Origin: a virus
Taxonomy: Duplodnaviria; Heunggongvirae; Uroviricota; Caudoviricetes
Length of the DNA stretch: 34,029 nt
Strand: one strand, 5' to 3'
IMG/VR virus record: IMGVR_UViG_649989947_000025
In this document: in pieces, positions 19,467 through 31,372 of the stretch
Layout: the number at the start of each line of letters is the position of its first letter
Position numbering within the stretch: the first letter of the stretch is position 1
The notes under the pieces: generated by a model
The model's input: only the letters and a program-made list of their open reading frames with translations
What the model was told of the DNA's origin: nothing
Database searches by the model: none
Position numbers and translations under genes: made by a program

Positions 19467-20441
19467 TTAAATCAAGTCTAATGTACTCTGTTTCCCTGGC
19501 CATTTTAGCTCTAACAAATACTCCCGGGACTCATTTATGATCATAATCACATCATCATAATCCCGTTTTGTTTTTAGCGCTCTAGCCATGTTGCTCTTAA
19601 CTAAATCAACTGTTCCCTCACAATTAAGATTAAGCGGATTATTAGGTAGGTGAGGTACAACCGCAAACACTGGTCTTTTCGCCTTATTTGCAAACTCAGC
19701 TTGAGTTATCGTTCCGCTATTTAACGCAGCCTCGATTAAAATTGAACCTGCAGATAATCCAACTTGTATCCGATTTCTTTGTACAAATGATTGTTTCTGG
19801 GCCGGCCGACCCATAGGATACTCAGAAATCCATGCACCACCTTTATCCAGAATCTCTTGAGCAAGTCGACTGTTTTGCTTCGGCTTAGCCTCCTCAAGAC
19901 CATGCGCCAAGACAGCAATGGTTTTTCCTTTTGCCTGTAACGTTGCCTTGTGGGCATTCGCATCAGTGCCTATTGCTAACCCACTTACAACAATATACCC
20001 AGCAGACACTATCTGATTAGTGATCCGCCTCGTTATTTCTTCCCCTGCAGGGGAGGTATCACGGGATCCTACAATTGCGACACCCGGCAATTCTTTGAGT
20101 ATACTTTTATCCCCTTTTATGTAGAGAATTGATGGTGGATTAGGAGTAAAAGCTAAACTAAGAGGATAGAATTCAGACCCATATGGTATTAGCTCCACAC
20201 CATTAACATGGTGGTTCTCCAATTCAGCGTTCGCTATTAGAAAATCAGTCTCAGATATTTTATCTTTTAGAAACCCGTGGCTATTAACCATCTCAGTTAA
20301 GTCGCGTATATCACGAATAACATCAAAATCGATAAGCTCAAAGAATTTTAATACACTTTGATCAGATGCTAGCTTCCCGATTTGAATAGCTAATCCAAGT
20401 GTATTTTTTAATTCTTCTGAGTGCACTTTGCTACTCCTCAT
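19467..20441 (-). CDS. DprA/Smf-like (SLOG Rossmann-fold) protein, ShosA-like partner of the upstream PRTase
   Basis: AIVGSRDTS ... VVSGLAIGTDANAHKATL ... TIAVLAHGLE motifs; 11-nt overlap with the upstream gene; AT-rich. Confidence 0.7.
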   Translation of the reverse strand: MRSSKVHSEELKNTLGLAIQIGKLASDQSVLKFFELIDFDVIRDIRDLTEMVNSHGFLKDKISETDFLIANAELENHHVNGVELIPYGSEFYPLSLAFTPNPPSILYIKGDKSILKELPGVAIVGSRDTSPAGEEITRRITNQIVSAGYIVVSGLAIGTDANAHKATLQAKGKTIAVLAHGLEEAKPKQNSRLAQEILDKGGAWISEYPMGRPAQKQSFVQRNRIQVGLSAGSILIEAALNSGTITQAEFANKAKRPVFAVVPHLPNNPLNLNCEGTVDLVKSNMARALKTKRDYDDVIMIINESREYLLELKWPGKQSTLDLI

Positions 20442-21006
20442 AGTTTGCAGTTTCTAGCAGAGCTAATGGCATTATAACTCCAGCTCCTGCAGACTCCAGT
20501 AAATAAAAACACGCAGACAAACTACCGCCTGTTGTTTTAACATCATCTAGTAGTAACACATTTCGCCCCATGAGGTTACCACCCCTAACTCTGATACTAG
20601 ACATGTGACCAGTAATTGAGCGATCTCCTCCTTCACGATGTGCGCTAGGAACAGTGCGTGTTCTTTCCAAACAGCAATCAACAATGCCCCGACGGTGAAC
20701 ATTTACGATTCGCTCGGCGACCTCAATCAAAGCCGGTGAAATTCTGCCTTCAGTGTGAGACGGGACAACTGCTATCGAAAAAGGAGACTCAACAAAACGC
20801 CCACCGCCACCTCTGATTACTAACCGCCCAACCTTATCTATAGCTAATCGAGAAAAACGGTTAATGGCCCTTTGATGATTACGATTATTTTCATCCTTAA
20901 AATCCATCATCTGCCTTGATAGTTCATCGCTATGAGGGTTGCGCTCTCCCAAATGCCAGTAGGGGTGATACAAGCCACACGATGTAATACTTACGGGTAA
21001 AAGCAT
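20431..21006 (-). CDS. phosphoribosyltransferase-domain protein, ShosT-like candidate toxin/effector
   Basis: PRTase PRPP-binding signature VLLLDDVKTTGGSL; first gene of a two-gene operon; AT-rich. Confidence 0.7.
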   Translation of the reverse strand: MLLPVSITSCGLYHPYWHLGERNPHSDELSRQMMDFKDENNRNHQRAINRFSRLAIDKVGRLVIRGGGGRFVESPFSIAVVPSHTEGRISPALIEVAERIVNVHRRGIVDCCLERTRTVPSAHREGGDRSITGHMSSIRVRGGNLMGRNVLLLDDVKTTGGSLSACFYLLESAGAGVIMPLALLETANYEE

Positions 21007-21130
21007 TCTTTATTCTCATGTAGTCCTAACTCAAACAATGTTAAGCGAAATGATATTTCATAGACAAACACAAATTTAAGAATAATCTCAATGATCACAT
21101 TTTTGATTATGAAACAAAGCCAAGAGTTAG

Positions 21131-21165
21131 CGCGCGCTCGTATCCCCGCCACGCCTGCCCGCTTT
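21131..21165 (-). other. candidate cos site (cohesive-end region)
   Basis: minus strand reads GGCGTGGCGGGGATACGAGCGCGCGCT, resembling the P2/186 cohesive-end start recalled from memory; correct position and orientation relative to Q. Confidence 0.45.
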
Positions 21166-21534
21166 ATGCAGTGGTTTTCATGCACATGCATGACATGAGC
21201 AAAAGCCCGCCAGTTCTGGCGGATCTGAGCAAAGACGATCCTCAATCGATCATGCGATTTCATGCAGCATAGTCATGCACTGTCAAGGAAGTGAAAATCC
21301 GTATCTGAATGGCCACTTGAAAAACGGATCATACGGGTTTACAAAGATGAATGTTCGCTGTGAACGGGAAGCGGAAGTTAGCTTTCAGATAACATAATCC
21401 ATATGCACGAGAACCTCTAAAATAGAATGGGACACCTAAGCGGGGTACTTACAACGATTCTTTCCATATTCACAGTTAACACTCTGTTTGGCGTATTTTT
21501 ATTCAAATAGCAAACACCAATAAAAGGAGTTTCC

Positions 21535-21870
21535 ATGAACAATATTCCCCCTATACCACAGTTAGGAATTTATGTCTCAAAAATCGATCCCACCCTACGT
21601 ATCACTGTAACCGATGTTGATATTGTTGATGGTGAGGATGATTCTCCTGATGATGAATTGTTTTATTTAGTCCACTGGATCGAGGGGGAAGATGAAAGTG
21701 ATATGACAGCAATGGGATTTGAGCTAGACCCAGTAGAGTGGCAGGCTTTCGTTGAATCTGAGCAATTAGTGTTTGAGCGTGATCCGTACATGGATTCAAT
21801 CCCCGAAAATTCAAACTTGGCAAAGATTCGGGATTTTCTCATGAAGACTAAACAGAATGATCATTCGTAA
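21535..21870 (+). CDS. hypothetical highly acidic small protein
   Basis: 111 aa, about 26 Asp/Glu vs 7 Lys/Arg; strong SD AAAAGGAG 6 nt before ATG; AT-rich. Confidence 0.6.
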   Translation: MNNIPPIPQLGIYVSKIDPTLRITVTDVDIVDGEDDSPDDELFYLVHWIEGEDESDMTAMGFELDPVEWQAFVESEQLVFERDPYMDSIPENSNLAKIRDFLMKTKQNDHS

Positions 21871-22062
21871 GTGTAAGCATTCATCAGGAAAATGGTTTTG
21901 TAAGTGAATCATCAACTTTTAGAGAGTCTCAGACACTCCCACTTCTGCTTCTGACACAAAGCGGACGATCACTTATCAAAATAACCGCCCACCTTACGCC
22001 TTATTTCACTCATTGCCCAAACTAGCCCCCATCAGAATGAATCCTCCTGGGGGCAACGTTTC

Positions 22063-22296
22063 TTAATGCAGCCAGCTGTCGTCCTCCCACACCTTCTGCA
22101 TAATTTTCATCACTTGTTTTCTTTCTTCATCCAGTTGCAGTCCGGTTAGTTCCACACCGTTAGAGCTACCTTTGCGAATGCGAATTACCGTTTTGGGATA
22201 CAGGGGGCGCAGATTGCGGTAAAGCTCGGATTCAAGGGCGTCCAGGGTAGACTGGCTAATCTTCTGCTCTTTATCGATCATTATTTCAATGCGCAT
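22063..22296 (-). CDS. DinI-family protein
   Basis: MRIEIMIDK...LYRNLRPLYP...VWEDDSWL resembles DinI; start at internal Met (longest ORF to 22368). Confidence 0.75.
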   Translation of the reverse strand: MRIEIMIDKEQKISQSTLDALESELYRNLRPLYPKTVIRIRKGSSNGVELTGLQLDEERKQVMKIMQKVWEDDSWLH

Positions 22297-22306
22297 AAAA
22301 GTCACC

Positions 22307-22495
22307 TCAGCTGATGACATCCATTGAGCGGTTGTATTCGTGGCTTCTGATTTTTGCCATAAGTTCATCAGTCAATTCAGAAACCCACTGCAGAGCCAGC
22401 CCCTTCTCTTCATCACTACACTCACTAGCCGCTACAAGCTTAAGAAAAAAATCAATGCGCTGGAGCTTCAAAGACTCCAAAAAATAGTCCTGCAT
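22307..22495 (-). CDS. SOS-inducible small protein, Tum-like antirepressor candidate
   Basis: 62 aa from MQDY with AGGAGG SD; first gene downstream of the LexA box; arrangement recalls the 186 tum operon. Confidence 0.5.
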   Translation of the reverse strand: MQDYFLESLKLQRIDFFLKLVAASECSDEEKGLALQWVSELTDELMAKIRSHEYNRSMDVIS

Positions 22496-22537
22496 CTTTC
22501 CTCCTATGACACCACACACAATGCTGTATGTATAACC

Positions 22538-22556
22538 ACTGTTTATATTTACAGTA
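22538..22556. promoter_or_regulatory. LexA box (SOS operator)
   Basis: ACTGTTTATATTTACAGTA, i.e. CTGT-N8(AT-rich)-ACAG, 43-61 nt upstream of the Tum-like start. Confidence 0.75.
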
Positions 22557-22649
22557 TATAATAATCTTACTGATGTAAAACGTTTTTTTTACGCTTATCA
22601 GCCTGATATGCCTGGTATTATTAAGAGCACGAATTGTTAACCAGCGTAA

Positions 22650-22883
22650 TTAATACAGGTTCCGCCACTTATCATCTTCCTGCAAACGCTGGTTCCGATA
22701 GAAGATACGCAGGCCAGCTCCTGACGGAATACTGCCGCCGCGAAGGAGTAAATCGACCTCTTTCTCGCTGCCATCAAATCCTCTGGATTTCAGTTCATAG
22801 ACGAGCTGCTGTCGTTGATGGTCTGTAATTCGCTGTTTGTAGTCTCTACGCCGTTTCGGTTTCACCAGACGTAACCTTGCAGC
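22650..22883 (-). pseudogene. A: displaced 3' fragment of replication gene A (about 76 codons) separated by the IS insertion
   Basis: reading frame is continuous with the A ORF once the IS and one target-duplication copy are removed. Confidence 0.65.
22879..22883. repeat. 5-bp target site duplication GCAGC (left copy)
   Basis: identical 5-mer directly abuts both IS ends. Confidence 0.75.
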
Positions 22884-27019
<4,136 letters not shown>

Positions 27020-27023
<4 letters not shown>

Positions 27024-27877
27024 ACACGCACCTCGTACACAGCAGAACTATCCACGCCACGCGAAGGATCAAATCCCACCCAGCAGCGCGCCCCGGAAAC
27101 AGCAATGATTTCTGTTGCAGATTTACTCTCGCCAGCCGACACGCCGATGCTGCGTTTTGCCTTGATGTAGTGGTGAGTGAAATTGCGATACAGCGAACGA
27201 ATCAGGGATGTGTCACTGTTAGAAACAATGACCGGATGACCTTCAGATGATCGATGTTCAAGAACGGATGCCAGGTGATACTGGTCATCCTCAGTGAAGC
27301 CATCAGTGTGATAGCCGGAAAACGTACCGTCATAAGGCGGATCGCAATACACCACATCCCCCGCCTTCAACATCGCCAGCGTTTCATCAAAGCTGGCGCA
27401 GATAAACGTTGCTCGCTGGGCTTTTTCTGCAAATTTGCGAATTTCTTTTTCAGGGAAATACGGATTTTTATAATTCCCGTAGGGAATGTTGAAATGCCCG
27501 CTCTTGTTATAGCGACATAACCCACGGTAACCATGACGATTGAGATACAGGAAATATACCGCTTTCATGAAATCAGTAATTTCAGTGGAGTAATTAAACT
27601 CCTGCCTTATGTTGTAATAAGCCACCTCCCTGTTTGCTTCCTCAAATAAAGCTCTGGCACGAGATATAAACGCCTCGCAATCAGCAGCAACCTTTTTATA
27701 GAGGTTGATTAAATCAGGATTAATATCCGCAACAAGATAGCTGGGGTAATCCGTCTCTATCATCACAGCACAAGAACCCGCGAAAGGTTCAACCAGTCGC
27801 GGGCCAGCAGGAAGGTATTTTTTCAGTTCTGGCATAATGGCGGTTTTATTACCCGCCCATTTCAGGATGGTGCTCAT
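27020..27877 (-). CDS. DNA adenine methyltransferase (Dam family)
   Basis: [12 protein letters not shown]-terminus and DPPY catalytic motif (VYCDPPYDG); start at internal Met. Confidence 0.85.
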
Positions 27878-28101
27878 ACAGCACCTCCGTTGTAATGTTT
27901 GCCTTTCAGCTCTGCGATTTCCTGACAGGTAATGCAAAGCTGCACACCCGGAATGGCGCGACGTCGTGCTGGCGGAATTGGTGCTTCACACTCAATGCAA
28001 AGCACGCGGGATACGCCCGGCGTTTTGGCGCGGGCAGCACGGATATGACGCTGGCGTTCTTCTTCAACGCGCTGCTGTACGAGATCCATTGCATCAGCCA
28101 T
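27874..28101 (-). CDS. TraR/DksA-family C4 zinc-finger protein
   Basis: CIECEAPIP...CITCQ four-Cys motif, 75 aa. Confidence 0.7.
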   Translation of the reverse strand: MADAMDLVQQRVEEERQRHIRAARAKTPGVSRVLCIECEAPIPPARRRAIPGVQLCITCQEIAELKGKHYNGGAV

Positions 28102-28340
28102 CAGTGGATCTCCTGCGCTTCGTTCTGGATTGCTTCAGCAGTCACACGCAGCAGTTCTGCCGCTTCGACGTGGTTTAGCTGGCGGGATGTGATATGACAC
28201 GCCAGGCTATCAAGGCGAGCTGCCATTGCTTCAGCCCTTGCCCGGCGTTCTTCCAGACGAGCCTCTGTCAGTAAAATATTAAGCCCTGCATCATCCGGTC
28301 CGGTTTTAGTCGTGAGGGTTTCAATATTACGCATAATCAA
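28101..28340 (-). CDS. hypothetical early-operon protein
   Basis: 79-aa ORF tightly packed in the early operon. Confidence 0.5.
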   Translation of the reverse strand: MIMRNIETLTTKTGPDDAGLNILLTEARLEERRARAEAMAARLDSLACHITSRQLNHVEAAELLRVTAEAIQNEAQEIH

Positions 28341-28401
28341 TTCTCCTGAATTTAGATAAAGGGATGCCTGGCGGGTTTACGCCATGAATTTCATTAGTTG
28401 G

Positions 28402-28743
28402 TTAATTCGGCATGGTTAGCCGTCTGGGAAATAAGCTCACCACTGCACGAAAATGATTCATTGCTTTAATCAGCTCCCGCTTTTCGTCAGTGGTCAGCTC
28501 ATTAATGCTGATGCTATGACGTTCAGCTGGAATTTTTGCCATAAAGAATATGGCAGCCAGTGCCCGTTTATTTTGTTCATTATTGATATCCCGTGGATCA
28601 CGCATATCTTTAATAAACCGCTCAAGCTCTGACTCAATATTCAGGCCAAAAACTTTCGCTCTTAATTCCGCAATATGATTAAGTCCATTCAGGCGTTCAC
28701 CGGGGCTTAATGGAACAGTCGCCGCAGCGCCTTCAATAGCCAT
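28402..28743 (-). CDS. hypothetical early-operon protein
   Basis: 113-aa ORF. Confidence 0.5.
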   Translation of the reverse strand: MAIEGAAATVPLSPGERLNGLNHIAELRAKVFGLNIESELERFIKDMRDPRDINNEQNKRALAAIFFMAKIPAERHSISINELTTDEKRELIKAMNHFRAVVSLFPRRLTMPN

Positions 28744-28907
28744 TGGTTCCCCCGTTTTTTCGTTGATAGTTCTGCCAGCAATTCATCTTGTGAACGGCAC
28801 GGATGCCAGCGTTTACCATCCTCACCCATGATCCAGCCGTGACCGTAGTGCATTGCCGGACTTTGTTTTACCAGCAGCGATGCAAATGATGGTTCTTTCG
28901 TCAGCAT
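28707..28907 (-). CDS. hypothetical small early protein (start uncertain)
   Basis: 66-76 aa ORF between cII-like and the next gene. Confidence 0.35.
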   Translation of the reverse strand: MLTKEPSFASLLVKQSPAMHYGHGWIMGEDGKRWHPCRSQDELLAELSTKKRGNQWLLKALRRLFH

Positions 28908-28914
28908 AAGCACC

Positions 28915-29430
28915 TCACAGCAAACCGAATGAAGCACCGAGGCCAGTCACGGTATCAACTGCACTCGCCATCGCAGGATTAGCCTGTAAACGGGCCTGCA
29001 ATGAAACAGCAGCCAGCGCCATCAGTCGTGTAACAGAGTTAATGCTGCTGATCGCATCACGACGGCCTGCACTGGTTTTTACATCGCCAGAAACCGCACC
29101 TGCCGCGACACGCCCTATCTCTGCAGTTGCACTCATGACGTAATGCGGCAGTTTCTCTTTTGCCACCTCATTAATCGGTACACATGGCAGGCAGTGAATC
29201 TGTGCCAGAAAGCCATCTACCAGCGTTGAATCTTCAGTCAGATCGGTAAGCAGCCAGATTTCTGGCGCATTGAGCTGATGCGGTTGATCTGGGTTGAGTT
29301 TGTTTCGCAGAGTCTGGACATTCATTCCTGCACGTTCTGCCAGCTTCGCCATATTGTGACGAAGTGCAAAAGCTCTACAGGCTTCATCAAAATGCGGGTG
29401 TTTGGAAACTTGGTAATCAAACATGGTCAA
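28915..29430 (-). CDS. CII-like lysogeny establishment regulator (186 CII-type)
   Basis: 171 aa, second gene of the early operon after the Apl/Cox-like gene; size matches 186 CII. Confidence 0.6.
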   Translation of the reverse strand: MTMFDYQVSKHPHFDEACRAFALRHNMAKLAERAGMNVQTLRNKLNPDQPHQLNAPEIWLLTDLTEDSTLVDGFLAQIHCLPCVPINEVAKEKLPHYVMSATAEIGRVAAGAVSGDVKTSAGRRDAISSINSVTRLMALAAVSLQARLQANPAMASAVDTVTGLGASFGLL

Positions 29431-29456
29431 TGCCTCTGATGTATTTCAGAATCGAA

Positions 29457-29678
29457 CTAATTAAGGTTTAGATTGCATTCTGAAAGCGCATCAACGGTCA
29501 TGGCTGCTATGTTGATCATCACTTTTTCGCGTTTTTTATCTTTCCGCAGACGGTGACGGATAAGACGTCCATCAGCCAACATGTCATTGATAGTATCGAT
29601 GGATAGCCCTGTCAGCTCGCTATAACGTTCAATAGTCACATGAGGCGTGGTAAGAGTGATTGAAATGTTAGGTTTCAT
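29457..29678 (-). CDS. Apl/Cox-like small DNA-binding protein
   Basis: 73 aa, first gene of the early operon, divergent from cI. Confidence 0.6.
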   Translation of the reverse strand: MKPNISITLTTPHVTIERYSELTGLSIDTINDMLADGRLIRHRLRKDKKREKVMINIAAMTVDALSECNLNLN

Positions 29679-29797
29679 GATGCAACATTCCTCGTTTAAT
29701 GTTGATTAATCAGGACGAATACGGATCGTTTGTATTTTGTGAACACCATAAACATACGATCGCATAATGAAATCATCAAGACAAAAGTTCACTTGGA
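29679..29797. promoter_or_regulatory. lysis-lysogeny switch region between apl-like and cI
   Basis: 119-bp AT-rich intergenic region between divergently oriented repressor and early operon. Confidence 0.5.
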
Positions 29798-30373
29798 GTG
29801 ACCATGAATTTGGAGAAAGGCGGACGAGGCGCTATAGAGCGCATGGTAGAAGCATATGGCTTCAAGACTCGACAGGCGTTGTGCGATCACTTAGGAATCT
29901 CTAAAAGTACTCTCGCCACACGCTATATGCGTGACTCATTCCCTGCTGAATGGGTAATCCAGTGCGCACTTGAAACGGGCGCCTCGCTTAACTGGCTCAC
30001 GACCGGACATGGTTCAAAGCAAACTTCAGGTAATACAAATACTATGGAAGTCGTTAAATATGTATTATCTGATGGAACCTTGCAGGAAGATGGTTTTTAT
30101 ATTTTCGATAAAGAATTTCTACCATCTACGCTCAAAAATCCGTTTGTAATCACCGATAACAATTCCGTTTTTATTTGCGATAAAGAGTTTAACGATATTC
30201 GTGACGGCAAATGGGTAATAAGTATTGATGCCGAAGTAACAATCCGCGATATCACTCGTTTACCTGGTGGAAGAATCTTAGTTGAAGGTGGAAATAGGGC
30301 TTTCGAATGTAAAAAAGAAGAAATCGAAATTATTGGAAAAATTATAAGCATAACAGTTAAGTACTTTGAGTAA
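29798..30373 (+). CDS. cI: CI-type immunity repressor (186 CI-like)
   Basis: 191 aa, N-terminal CI-type HTH (KTRQALCDHLGISKSTLATRYMRD) plus C-terminal oligomerisation domain; position next to the switch. Confidence 0.8.
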   Translation: MTMNLEKGGRGAIERMVEAYGFKTRQALCDHLGISKSTLATRYMRDSFPAEWVIQCALETGASLNWLTTGHGSKQTSGNTNTMEVVKYVLSDGTLQEDGFYIFDKEFLPSTLKNPFVITDNNSVFICDKEFNDIRDGKWVISIDAEVTIRDITRLPGGRILVEGGNRAFECKKEEIEIIGKIISITVKYFE

Positions 30374-30423
30374 TATAGGAATGTTTTTATGCTTGGTAAA
30401 GCATTTGTTGTGGTGTAAAAAAT

Positions 30424-31347
30424 ATGTCAACTCAAAAATTAAAATTTAGCCATATCAAAAACGATCTGAAAGCAATAGTTATGCAGAATCGTGGAGGGCA
30501 AAAAGTTATTGAGCGTATACTCCTAGCCTATGGCTTCAAGTCACGACAGGCATTATGTAATCATCTAGGTATTTCCCAAAGTACTATGGCCAACAGATAT
30601 GCACGTAATACCTTTCCTGCAGATTGGGTTGTTATATGTTCCATAGAAACAGGAGCATCAATTGAATGGTTAGTTCTTGGTTCAGATACTGCTCCTTCAT
30701 CAGAGCAATATTCTGAAAAACATGCCGTTAATGGCCTTTGCAATGAAGTATACATTCCCACTATAAAGTTCGATAATGAAAAACTCATGAATTTTAACCG
30801 AGGGGGTAAGGCAACAATAGAACGAATTGTCGAGGCTTACGGTTACAAAACGCGCCAAGCATTAGCTGATCACCTAGGTATTTCAAAAAGCACATTAGCC
30901 ACACGATACATGCGTGACATTTTTCCTGCAGACTGGGTTTTGCAGTGTGCAATAGAAACGGGCCATTCTATTGAATGGATTTCATTTGGTACAGGAGAAA
31001 TGAAAAACGCAAAAAATAAAGATACTTTAACATTAGTGAAAAAAGTATTAATCAATGGCAAGTTAATAAATGATGGCTCATATTTATTTGACCCATGCTT
31101 TCTACCTTCCAATTTAAAAAATGCATTCGTAGTATCTACCGAAGACTCTGAATTAATATGTGAAATGGGTTTTAAAGATGTACATGATGGTAAGTGGCTA
31201 GTAAATATTGATGGAGAGAATTCATTTAGAATGATAACTCGACTACCTAAAGGACGAGTTTATATTTCATCCCAAAATCACTCTTTTGAATGTTCGCTTA
31301 CAGACATTGAGTTTATTGCAAAAGTTATTATAAGTTGTTTACATTAA
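30424..31347 (+). CDS. CI-repressor paralog with two tandem CI-type HTH domains
   Basis: residues ~24-88 and ~127-190 each repeat the CI HTH; C-terminal ~110 aa align with the C-terminal domain of the upstream CI. Confidence 0.75.
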   Translation: MSTQKLKFSHIKNDLKAIVMQNRGGQKVIERILLAYGFKSRQALCNHLGISQSTMANRYARNTFPADWVVICSIETGASIEWLVLGSDTAPSSEQYSEKHAVNGLCNEVYIPTIKFDNEKLMNFNRGGKATIERIVEAYGYKTRQALADHLGISKSTLATRYMRDIFPADWVLQCAIETGHSIEWISFGTGEMKNAKNKDTLTLVKKVLINGKLINDGSYLFDPCFLPSNLKNAFVVSTEDSELICEMGFKDVHDGKWLVNIDGENSFRMITRLPKGRVYISSQNHSFECSLTDIEFIAKVIISCLH

Positions 31348-31372
31348 GTAAATTTTTCATGGAGACTTCATA

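Noticed and set aside
20991-21263. 90-aa minus-strand ORF across the cos-like region
   Set aside because: Overlaps the cos and promoter region, has an implausible composition and no RBS; more likely non-coding.
22307-22519. Longer 70-aa version of the Tum-like ORF starting MCGVIGG
   Set aside because: The AGGAGG Shine-Dalgarno sits immediately upstream of the internal Met (MQDY); the longer start would overlap the DinI-like gene context less plausibly.
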